A stretch of 64,000 nucleotides of DNA from an uncultured Burkholderiales bacterium (GTDB taxonomy: Bacteria > Actinomycetota > Acidimicrobiia > IMCC26256 > JACPCJ01). Below, one piece after another: positions 55,460 through 62,873 of the stretch (position 1 is its first letter; every line of letters starts with the position of its first letter). The DNA is taken from positions 42,439 through 106,438 of the forward strand of contig CAZTOV010000001.1 of assembly GCA_964615175.1 (NCBI GenBank). The letters run 5' to 3'. Under the pieces are notes generated by a model. That model saw only the letters and a program-made list of their open reading frames with translations. It made no database searches and was not told where the DNA came from. Both the position numbers and the translations under genes were made by a program.

Positions 55460-55468
55460 TAGGAGGGT

Positions 55469-56947
55469 GTGATGTCGTCGTCGATGCGTGACAGAGCGGG
55501 CGAGCGAGCCACAAGGCGTGGTGTCGCGCGCCTCGCCACGATCGTCGTGCTCCCGCTCCTCGCCGCCGGCCCCGCCTTGGCGGGGGCCGCTGCCCCGAAC
55601 GACCCCGGATTGGAGCAGCAGTGGGCCCTCGACACGATCGGCGCGCCGGAGGGCTGGGCGCGGGGCACCGGCGCCGGGATGGCGATCGCCATCGTCGACA
55701 GCGGTGTCGACCTCGACCACGAAGACCTCGCGTCGAAGATCGACGACCGCGACCGTGTGTCGTGCATCGGCTCGGGCGGCGACGCGGCCAACTGCAAGCC
55801 CGGTGGCGACGACGACCACGGACATGGCACCCATGTGGCCGGCATCGCCGCCGCTGCCACCGGCAACGGCCGGGGCGTTGCCGGGGTGGCACCCGACGCC
55901 CGCCTCATGGTCGTGAAGGTGCTCGAGAACGACGAGGCCACCGGCGACGCGTCCGGGACTGCTTCCGACGTCCGCGCGGGGATCGTGTGGGCCGTCGACC
56001 ACGGCGCCGACGTGATCAACCTGTCCCTCGGTGAGAACGTCCTGATCCGGGGGCTGATCGGCAGCTCGCTCGAGGATGCCGTCACGTACGCGTGGAACAA
56101 CGGCGCCGTCCCGGTTGTCGCCGCGGGCAACGCCGACACCCTGTTCGGGAGCGGATACGGCGATCTCCCCGCCCTCGTCGTGACCGCGACGAACCGGAAC
56201 GACGCCAAGGCCTCCTACGCGAGCAACGTCGGCGACGCGGAATGGGGGATGGCTGCCCCTGGCGGCGAGGGAACGGACGAGGGCACGGCGATCCTCTCCA
56301 CCTTCTGGGATCCCGAGGATCCAGAGAACCATCGATCGTATGGGTCGGGGTCGGGCACGTCGATGGCGGCACCACACGTCGCCGGAGCGGCGGCGATCCT
56401 CCGATCCCTCGGGCTCTCCCGCGACGACACCGTGAACCGGCTCCTCGACACCGCGGCCGATATCGGGCCTCCCGGCGACGACTCGCAGACGGGCGCCGGA
56501 CGCCTCGACCTCGACGCCGCCACCGCAGGGTTGGGCAGCAGCTCCGGGCCGGACGGGTCACCCAGCACGACCACCACTGCGCAGCGGGTGACGACCACCA
56601 CCGCCATGGCGCAGCCGGGCGGTCGCGATGGCTCGGGGCCGTCGGGGCCCGACGACATGATCGTCACCGGCGAGGAGCCGGTGCCCGGAGGCGACGGCGG
56701 CTCCGACCCCTCGTCACCGGGGAGTGAACCGCGTGACACCTCGGACCCGTCGGTCCGCGATGACCCCCGTGCCGCGCCGCCCGCGGACGGTTCGGCCTCC
56801 CGCCCGCCCGCTCCAGGCGACGGCGGGTCGGGCGCCGCGTTGTGGGTGATCCTCGGCCTCGCCGCCCTGTTCGTGGCGCCGGTGGGCTACCGGTGGTGGC
56901 GTGGCCGCTCCGGGTCGCCTGCGCCCGACGACACGGGGCGCCGGTAG
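55469..56947 (+). CDS. Subtilisin-like S8 serine peptidase with Pro-rich stalk and C-terminal TM anchor
   Basis: Catalytic triad motifs VDSGVDLDH, HGTHVAGIAAA and GTSMAAPHVAGAAA. Signal peptide LATIVVLPLLAAGPALAGAAA. C-terminal helix ALWVILGLAALFVAPVGYRWWRGR. The start may instead be ATG 55472 or 55484. Confidence 0.9.
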   Translation: MMSSSMRDRAGERATRRGVARLATIVVLPLLAAGPALAGAAAPNDPGLEQQWALDTIGAPEGWARGTGAGMAIAIVDSGVDLDHEDLASKIDDRDRVSCIGSGGDAANCKPGGDDDHGHGTHVAGIAAAATGNGRGVAGVAPDARLMVVKVLENDEATGDASGTASDVRAGIVWAVDHGADVINLSLGENVLIRGLIGSSLEDAVTYAWNNGAVPVVAAGNADTLFGSGYGDLPALVVTATNRNDAKASYASNVGDAEWGMAAPGGEGTDEGTAILSTFWDPEDPENHRSYGSGSGTSMAAPHVAGAAAILRSLGLSRDDTVNRLLDTAADIGPPGDDSQTGAGRLDLDAATAGLGSSSGPDGSPSTTTTAQRVTTTTAMAQPGGRDGSGPSGPDDMIVTGEEPVPGGDGGSDPSSPGSEPRDTSDPSVRDDPRAAPPADGSASRPPAPGDGGSGAALWVILGLAALFVAPVGYRWWRGRSGSPAPDDTGRR

Positions 56948-56998
56948 GCGCCGTCGCCGGCCCTGGAGTACCAACCCGATAAGTGCTATACAGTAAGG

Positions 56999-57481
56999 AT
57001 GACTCAGGTACACGCCACCATCGCTCGTCACGAGTTCACCTTGGACCGTCGAGGGATCGAGCGACGGCTCGCGGACGAACTTCCAGAACCGCTCGACGAG
57101 CACTACGTGGTGGTGGGCGGGCGCCGCTTCCCGCCGAAGCAGGTCATCGGCCTCGTGACCGGCCTCGACCGGGCCGACTTCAACACGCACCAGGCACGGC
57201 GGGTGCTCAGCCGGATCGGGTTCACCGTCGGACGCCGTGAAGCGACCCCCGACGTCGGTGGCGGCGACCCGGCGCGGCCGGGGCCTCACCACGGCCGGGA
57301 GGCCGACGCGCTGCGACCGTTCACCGGCCGGTGGGTGGCGCAGCGGGGCCTCGAGGTCCTGGTCGCAGCCGACACACCCGAGGAGGTGTTGGCCTGGCTG
57401 GAGCGGCACAACCAGCAGGCTGACGCCATGTTCCGGGTACCCGCCGACGAGGTCGAGGCGACGGGGCTCGCCCCCGCGTGA
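56999..57481 (+). CDS. Hypothetical protein (160 aa), upstream partner of retropepsin-like gene
   Basis: ATG follows AAGGATGA. No firm motif. The C-terminal segment WVAQRGLEVLVAADTPEEVLAWLERH vaguely recalls small antitoxin-like domains (low confidence). Confidence 0.5.
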   Translation: MTQVHATIARHEFTLDRRGIERRLADELPEPLDEHYVVVGGRRFPPKQVIGLVTGLDRADFNTHQARRVLSRIGFTVGRREATPDVGGGDPARPGPHHGREADALRPFTGRWVAQRGLEVLVAADTPEEVLAWLERHNQQADAMFRVPADEVEATGLAPA

Positions 57482-57873
57482 AGTTCCTCTTCAAGGAGCT
57501 CCCGGGTCAGACAGGCGATTCCACGCGACCCGTCGTGCCCGTCGAGGTCGAGGGGCTGACGCGTGCGCCCCAGTTGTGCCTCCTCGACACCGGTGCGCTC
57601 CACAACCGGTTCGGCGCGTGGGTGGCAGAGGCAGCCGGCATCGACCTCACGTCCTCCGAGGAGGAGCAGCTCGCGGTCGGCGGCTTTCGCACGGTCGCTC
57701 GCTCCGCGTCGGTGCAGTTGACGCTCGGCGACGAGACCTGGGAGGCGCCGGTGTGGTTCTGCGATCCCTGGCCGCTCGGCTTCCATCTCCTGGGCCAGGA
57801 GGGCTTCTTTCGTTGGTTCGACGTTCGCGTGCGAGCCGCCCGCTACACGGTCGAGGTTGTTTCGGAGCAGTGA
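57478..57873 (+). CDS. Retropepsin-like (clan AA) aspartic peptidase-fold protein
   Basis: The hallmark hh-D-T-G-A is present (CLLDTGALHNRF), and a C-terminal LLGQEGF-type motif follows. The GTGA start overlaps the upstream stop. Confidence 0.6.
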   Translation: MKFLFKELPGQTGDSTRPVVPVEVEGLTRAPQLCLLDTGALHNRFGAWVAEAAGIDLTSSEEEQLAVGGFRTVARSASVQLTLGDETWEAPVWFCDPWPLGFHLLGQEGFFRWFDVRVRAARYTVEVVSEQ

Positions 57874-58208
57874 GGCCGGCGGTTCGACGGTCACCCGGCT
57901 GGTCGGGACGGCACGGCGATCGGCGGCCCGAAACGAGCATCACCCGGGGGAGCGGCGCCGGTTGCGGCGTTGCGGTGGGCCCGGTCGAAGCGGGTCGGCG
58001 CGGCTCGTAGAAGCCCCGCAGTGGGCCCCGGTGGCATCCCCGCTTCGGGGTTCTGGGCCCTCGCCGGATCCTTTGGGGGCCCTGGCTGCGATCACTCTGC
58101 GTCCACGTACCTGGTCCGAGCCTTCGCACGGGTCGCGCTCCGCGTCGTTCGTGCGGGCGGGCAGCCCGTTTCTTTGGGTCGCGACCGACTCTTTCGGCCC
58201 TCTCATTC

Positions 58209-59456
58209 GTGACCCTGGAGGGGGAGGCATCGGCCCGAAGCTGGTTGAGGCCGGTGCAGTGCCGTCGCCGAGGCAGGGGAGCGAGGAGGCTGACCGTGGA
58301 CCGACAGGAGCAGGCAGACCACAGAACGTCACCGCCCACTCACGGAGCGGGGGGTGAGATCTTCACGGTCGAGGCCCTGTGGCACGAACACGGGGCGCGC
58401 CTCGTGCGCCTGGCCCGCCGCCTGCTCGACGATCGGGGTTCGGCTGATGCCGCCAGCCACGCCGTGTTGGTGCGGGCGGCCGCATGGCTCGATCTCACCG
58501 CGCGGCCCGTCCCCGAGTCGGCGGCCTGGTGGTGGCTCGAGCGGCTCTGCCACGACGTCTCGCGTGAGATCGGCGACCACGGCGTCGACCCGGCATGGGT
58601 GACCGGTGAACCGCTGCCTCGGTCGGTTCCCGAACGACTGCGAGCCCGTCTCCGATCGTGGGCGCTCGAGACGACATCGAGGGCTTCGGAGTCCGCTGGT
58701 CCGATCAGCCAGGCGAGACACCGCGACCGCGCGCGCTGGCGGGAGCTGTTCGACCGCAAGCTGCGCGATCTTCCCGTCGTGGTGCTCCTCCCCGGACTGG
58801 TCCGGAGAGCCGCCGCCGGCACAGGTCGGGCGGCGCGGGCGGCGTGGCGCCGGTCGGAGGCCCTCTCTCCGGCGAGCATGTCGACCCAGCGGGTGGTCGG
58901 GATGTTCGCCGCCGGTCCCGGCGTGCTGGAGGCGGCAGCCGCCTTCACGGTTGCGTTGGCCGTGGGGAGCGGGCTTTCCGGGTCGGTCACCCCGCCGGCG
59001 CCCCCGCCGGTGCCGCTCGCCCAGCGCGTCGAGGTGGCCATGGCGCAGTCGGAGCTTGAGCCACCACCCGACGAGCCCGTCGAAGTCGAGGTCGCCCCGC
59101 CCCCCGTCGCGCCGGAGCCGGCACCCGAGCCCGACGCGACCACGGAGCCTGCCCCTGATCCGGAGCCGGAACCGGAGGCCGACCCCCTGCCCGTCGCCGC
59201 CACCGTGTCCGCCGATCCGGTCAAGAACGTCGAAGAGCCGGTCCAGGAAGACGATTGGGAAGGTGGGAAGCGCTACCGCACCCCGAGCGAGCGGGTGAGC
59301 GTCGACGCCGATGGTGATGGCGAAGAGGATGCCTTCGCGACGACACCCACCGCGGGTTGGAACTGTCCCAATGACCCAGACAAACGGAGACCTGGCAGCG
59401 AGTACGTGTGTCCAGTGCTTGAGGAGTCAGGCATTCCAACAGAGGAGATGGGCTGA
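58209..59456 (+). CDS. Hypothetical membrane protein with sigma-region-2-like N-terminus and Pro/Glu-rich extracytoplasmic segment
   Basis: ALWHEHGARLVRLARRLLDDRGSADAASHAVLVRA is weakly similar to sigma-70 region 2. A central TM (VVGMFAAGPGVLEAAAAFTVALAVG) is followed by a PEP-rich tract. Start uncertain. Confidence 0.4.
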   Translation: MTLEGEASARSWLRPVQCRRRGRGARRLTVDRQEQADHRTSPPTHGAGGEIFTVEALWHEHGARLVRLARRLLDDRGSADAASHAVLVRAAAWLDLTARPVPESAAWWWLERLCHDVSREIGDHGVDPAWVTGEPLPRSVPERLRARLRSWALETTSRASESAGPISQARHRDRARWRELFDRKLRDLPVVVLLPGLVRRAAAGTGRAARAAWRRSEALSPASMSTQRVVGMFAAGPGVLEAAAAFTVALAVGSGLSGSVTPPAPPPVPLAQRVEVAMAQSELEPPPDEPVEVEVAPPPVAPEPAPEPDATTEPAPDPEPEPEADPLPVAATVSADPVKNVEEPVQEDDWEGGKRYRTPSERVSVDADGDGEEDAFATTPTAGWNCPNDPDKRRPGSEYVCPVLEESGIPTEEMG

Positions 59457-59504
59457 GTCATGCGTTCCCGTTGGCTTGCGCTCTCCACGGGCGTCGCGAA
59501 GCCT

Positions 59505-59777
59505 TCACATGTTGTCAATGCAGAAGAAGTAGTCCCACGTGATCCCGAAGGCTCCGCCGGGATTGGGCCCGAAGGTTCCTCCGGGCCCACACGTCCAATC
59601 GTTGCAATACGACACGACGGTCTCGGTGGTGGTGGTGCTGTCGTTCCCGACCTCGACGTAGCCGCACGGAGCGGGATGCTCGTCGGCCTGGGCCGACGTG
59701 GTCGAAAGACCGATGCCGAGCGCCGACGTCACGGCGACGGTGGTGGCGATCAGGCGGATCAGCGCGGCTCGGGTCAC
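59505..59777 (-). CDS. Small secreted cysteine-rich peptide (90-aa precursor)
   Basis: GGAGGAGGA lies 6 nt upstream of the GTG at 59777. Signal peptide MTRAALIRLIATTVAVTSALGIGLSTTSAQA|DEH. The mature ~58 aa contain 4 Cys and an aromatic C-terminus (ITWDYFFCIDNM). Confidence 0.65.
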   Translation of the reverse strand: MTRAALIRLIATTVAVTSALGIGLSTTSAQADEHPAPCGYVEVGNDSTTTTETVVSYCNDWTCGPGGTFGPNPGGAFGITWDYFFCIDNM

Positions 59778-59847
59778 CGGTCGTCCTCCTCCATCACGTC
59801 CGTCTCAACGGTGCGTCAACGACACCGTACGTGCCCTGGCTCGACCC

Positions 59848-59873
59848 CTCCCTCCCCCGGTCGGGGGAGGGAG
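59848..59873. repeat. Extended member of the C5/G5 palindrome family (11-bp stem)
   Basis: CTCCCTCCCCC-GGTC-GGGGGAGGGAG, located between the divergent small-peptide gene and the PucR-like gene. Confidence 0.8.
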
Positions 59874-59910
59874 CCCACATCTCCTCGTCGTCCCGAGGGG
59901 GTGGCCGGTC

Positions 59911-61236
59911 ATGGCTGAGGCCGAGAACGGCGCCGGGGGCGAGGTCGGGTGGCTCGCCCTCGCGGCCATGGTGTCGCTCACCAACGATGCCGACACGGTG
60001 GTCGCCGAGGTGGTCGAGCGAGTACGCGAGCACGAGGCCGCCGACGAGGCGGTGGTCGCCGGCGTGGTCGAGGGATCCGACGTCGAGGTGCTGGTGCGCG
60101 AGGTCGCGGGGTTGCTGGGTGAGGCGCTCCGGGCCCGCCGCCCACTCGACGCCTCCGAGACCGCGGTGGTCTCGGAGAGGGCCGACGGCATGATCGCCAC
60201 GGGTGCGCCGCTCGAGATCGTCCGCCAGGCGGTCCACGCCACCTGCGCGGTGGTGCTCGACCGCCTCGCGACGGCCGGGCAGGCGCGTCCGGCCGAGGCG
60301 CCACCCGAGCTGCTCGGGCGCCTGTTCGGCATCGTCGCCGACTGCGAGTTCGACCTCCTCGGCGCCATCGGCGCGGCGGCGCGCAGTGTGGGCGACGACG
60401 ATGCCACCCGCGACGAGCGCCTGCGCGAGGCGTTCCTGCACCGGGTGCTCGAGGGGCCGGTCCACGACCCCGTGGCCACGGCTCGGCAGGGCCGCGCGCT
60501 GAAGCTCGACCTGACCCCGCCCTTCGGCTTGGTGCTCCTGATCGAGCCCCTCGGGTGGACCGACGACCCCTCGACCGAGTCGTTCGAGGAGCAGGTGCTC
60601 CGCTGCCGCCGCCGGCCCGAGCAGCGCCTGCTGCCGGCGGTGTTCGTCGAACCCGACCCGGCGGTGCCCCAGAGCGCCATCCTCGTCGTGCCGGCCCACG
60701 CGGGGGAGGCGGCCGAAGCGGTAGAGGAGGCGCTGATCGAGGAGCGCGACGCGTCGGGGCTTCTCTTCGTCACGGCGACCGCTGCCAGCATCGGGGAGAT
60801 TCCCGCCGTCTACCACCGCATGCGCCGGATCGTCCCGGTCATGCCCCGGTGCGCGCGCCACCTGGACGCGGTGCCCACGCTCGACGCGGTGCTGCCCTAC
60901 TGGTCGGCGGAGCGACTCCCCGACGTGTGGGCCGAGTACCTGCTGCGCGCGGAGGTGGGCCCGCTCATGGCGAGCGTGCGGACCAGCCGGCTCGTGCACA
61001 CCTGGCTCCTCTTGGTCCGCGAGCGCCTCACCGACGCCGAGGCCGCCGAGCGGCTCCATGTGGCCCCCGGCACGGTGCGGAAGCGCCGGAGGACGATCGA
61101 GGGGTTGACCGGGCGCCGCCCGGGCCCGGAGTCGTTCCACGCGCAGCTCGCCTCCTACGTCTACGAGTTGTGGGAGCCGGACCTGCCGGTCCCGGGCGAC
61201 CCCTGGTGGACGGGCGACGATGCGTCGGCGGACTGA
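59911..61236 (+). CDS. PucR/CdaR-like transcriptional regulator
   Basis: The C-terminal HTH LTDAEAAERLHVAPGTVRKRRRTIEGLTG resembles the PucR-type HTH, and the N-terminal domain is helical. ATG 59911 is preferred over the ORF-track 59698, which overlaps the minus-strand peptide gene. Confidence 0.55.
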   Translation: MAEAENGAGGEVGWLALAAMVSLTNDADTVVAEVVERVREHEAADEAVVAGVVEGSDVEVLVREVAGLLGEALRARRPLDASETAVVSERADGMIATGAPLEIVRQAVHATCAVVLDRLATAGQARPAEAPPELLGRLFGIVADCEFDLLGAIGAAARSVGDDDATRDERLREAFLHRVLEGPVHDPVATARQGRALKLDLTPPFGLVLLIEPLGWTDDPSTESFEEQVLRCRRRPEQRLLPAVFVEPDPAVPQSAILVVPAHAGEAAEAVEEALIEERDASGLLFVTATAASIGEIPAVYHRMRRIVPVMPRCARHLDAVPTLDAVLPYWSAERLPDVWAEYLLRAEVGPLMASVRTSRLVHTWLLLVRERLTDAEAAERLHVAPGTVRKRRRTIEGLTGRRPGPESFHAQLASYVYELWEPDLPVPGDPWWTGDDASAD

Positions 61237-61262
61237 TCCACCCGCCCTCGCCGGCTCCGCTC

Positions 61263-61282
61263 GCTCCCCCGATCGGGGGAGC
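61263..61282. repeat. 20-bp perfect palindrome GCTCCCCCGATCGGGGGAGC containing the family 16-mer
   Basis: Located 27 nt after the PucR-like stop. Could act as a terminator hairpin. Confidence 0.9.
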
Positions 61283-61447
61283 CGCCGTCTGGCGTCGGGA
61301 TCAAGGGGCGCCGATGGAGTGGTTTCCGCACGTTCTCGACGCCGAAACGTAGCGGCGCGCGCCCTCGACCCGCTCGCTCGCTCTTCGTACGGTGCGGCCG
61401 GAGTTCGAAGGAGGTGACGACGACTCGGCATCCAGCACGGTCGCACG

Positions 61448-62350
61448 TTGCCTCGTAGACGCCGCTCCGCGGCCCCGTCACGCGGGGACCGCGCGAGCCA
61501 CGAGTGGTGGAGGACCTCACTGTTGCCTTCGCAGGTCGACCAAGCACAACGGCACATCGAAGAGGTGCGCGCCCGCGAGGAGGTTCCCGACGCGGACGCG
61601 TATCGCGCCCTCCTGCGCGCCTGCGCCGAGGAACCCCAGCCCGACATCGCGGTGCAGACGGTGGCCGAGATGGGCCACGACGGCATCACCGTCGGTGCTG
61701 CCGACCACGACGCCCTCCTGATCGCTCACCTGTTCCGGGGGCGCGCCGAGGATGCCGAGGCCTATCTCCGTGCGCTCCCATGGGGGGTCGTCACCCCCGA
61801 CCACTACCGGTGGGTCCTCTGGGCGTACGCCGTCCGGGGTCGCGTGGACGAGGTCGAGCGGCTCTTCGAGGAGTTCGACGGCTCGCCCGTCCTCCCCGAC
61901 GACGACTGCCGGCTCTTGCTCCTGTCCACGTTGACCCAGGGTTGCCATGCCGCCCGCGCCCGCCGCTGGTACTCGCGGTTCGTCCCCCGCGACCGCAAGC
62001 CCGAGCCGCTGTTCGTCGCGCGCCTCATCGACGCCCACGGCCACCCCGATCACCACGAGGAGCTGGTCGCCATCTACGAGCGGTTCGGTGACGAGGTCGG
62101 CCGCCATCCTGAGGTCGCCGCCGCGCTCGTGCACGCCTTCGCCCTTGCCGACGATCCCGTACGCGCCGAAGAGCTGCTGCGCCTGGCCCTCCGGGTTGTC
62201 CGAGACCCCGACGTGTGCGAGGAGATGTTCCTCGAATGCGTCACTGCCTACCAGCGGGTCGGCCGGGAGCGGGAGACCGACACCGGCGAATCCGTCGAGC
62301 GCCTCGCCGCGCTGGCCAACGAGAAGGACGTCGCCGTCGAGTACCTCTGA
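61448..62350 (+). CDS. Helical-repeat protein with PPR/TPR-like ~35-aa repeats
   Basis: Repeats include AYRALLRACAEEPQPDIAVQTVAEMGHDGITVGAA, DHDALLIAHLFRGRAEDAEAYLRALPWGVVTP and DHYRWVLWAYAVRGRVDEVERLFEEFDGSPVLPD. They follow the PPR pattern (aromatic-x-x-L-hydrophobic..G..deA..lf.eM...G..P). Start uncertain. Confidence 0.55.
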   Translation: MPRRRRSAAPSRGDRASHEWWRTSLLPSQVDQAQRHIEEVRAREEVPDADAYRALLRACAEEPQPDIAVQTVAEMGHDGITVGAADHDALLIAHLFRGRAEDAEAYLRALPWGVVTPDHYRWVLWAYAVRGRVDEVERLFEEFDGSPVLPDDDCRLLLLSTLTQGCHAARARRWYSRFVPRDRKPEPLFVARLIDAHGHPDHHEELVAIYERFGDEVGRHPEVAAALVHAFALADDPVRAEELLRLALRVVRDPDVCEEMFLECVTAYQRVGRERETDTGESVERLAALANEKDVAVEYL

Positions 62351-62523
62351 CCGACGACACCGCGTATGAAGAGGTGTTTGCCAGCGCCATCCCGATCGGT
62401 GGCCGCGAGATCGACGGCATGCCGTTGACCTTCGTCATGATCACCGGCTTGAACGCGGGTGGCGACCCCGAACCGCTCGCATACCTCTCCGGCTACGCGG
62501 CCGGGCTGCAGCTGGTGTGGTGA
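62351..62523 (+). pseudogene. C-terminal fragment of a GDPEPL-family (IS256-derived) paralog
   Basis: ..AYEEVFASAIPIGGREIDGMPLTFVMITGLNAGGDPEPLAYLSGYAAGLQLVW* parallels ..PEAFVAAARVGSREINDIPFTVVTVTGLNRAGDPEPLTYFSGYA of the 63670 gene, and nucleotide similarity is visible too. It has no N-terminal half and no obvious start. Confidence 0.5.
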
Positions 62524-62556
62524 AGCCGGAGGGTCGGGTCGCGGAATGTGGGGCCC

Positions 62557-62674
62557 AAGGACCTCAGCGGATAGGTCGAATTACCGTTGCGTTCTTGACT
62601 GTGAATTGCCCGCTCAGCGGGCAATTCACAGTCAAGAACCAGGACTCGATGTGCGCCTATCCGCTGAGGTCCTT
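62557..62674. repeat. Nested perfect palindrome: 19-bp outer inverted repeat enclosing a 49-bp perfect palindrome (24-bp arms)
   Basis: Outer repeat: AAGGACCTCAGCGGATAGG (62557-62575) pairs with CCTATCCGCTGAGGTCCTT (62656-62674). Inner palindrome: GTTCTTGACTGTGAATTGCCCGCT-C-AGCGGGCAATTCACAGTCAAGAAC (62591-62639). It is locally AT-richer than its surroundings. Confidence 0.9.
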
Positions 62675-62685
62675 AGGCGAAGGCA

Positions 62686-62792
62686 ACGGTGACCGAGCCC
62701 TCCGGAGGCTTCGCAAGAAGCTGGGAGAGGATTCCGAGTCCCTCAGACACCTCGTGACGGTGCGGGGCGCGGGGTGCCGCTGGGATCCCTGA
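62686..62792 (+). pseudogene. Remnant copy of the 3' end of the OmpR-type response regulator gene
   Basis: ACGGTGACCGAGCCCTCCGGAGGCTTCGCAAGAAGCTGGGAGAGGATTCCGAGTCCCTCAGACACCTCGTGACGGTGCGGGGCGCGGGGTGCCGCTGGGATCCCTGA parallels 54959-55065. It encodes ..LRRLRKKLGEDSESLRHLVTVRGAGCRWDP* against ..VRRLRKKLGEDAESPRHLVTVRGAGYRWEP*. Confidence 0.8.
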
Positions 62793-62814
62793 TCTTGGCC
62801 GATCGGTCGAACGG

Positions 62815-62850
62815 ACCGACCCGAATCACGCCCTCGTTCGTGTACCTGGA
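62815..62850 (+). promoter_or_regulatory. Bipartite motif copy 7 (ACCGACCCG-N15-CGTGTACCTGGA)
   Basis: Box1 at 62815-62823 and box2 at 62839-62849. It sits between the response-regulator remnant and the 62874 ORF. Confidence 0.5.
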
Positions 62851-62873
62851 GAGCGCTGGTTGCGTCGGGGTGA

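Noticed and set aside
55469-56947. An S8 peptidase with a C-terminal TM anchor could be a mycosin of a type VII (ESX) secretion system.
   Set aside because: No EccB/C/D/E, WXG100 or other ESX genes are in the neighbourhood. The architecture alone is not diagnostic.
58095-58115. CACGTACCTGGT at 58103-58114, and CCGTGTACGGCTGG at 43834-43847, as further copies of the bipartite motif.
   Set aside because: Box 2 is imperfect, and no CCGACCCG-like box 1 sits at the fixed 15-nt distance.
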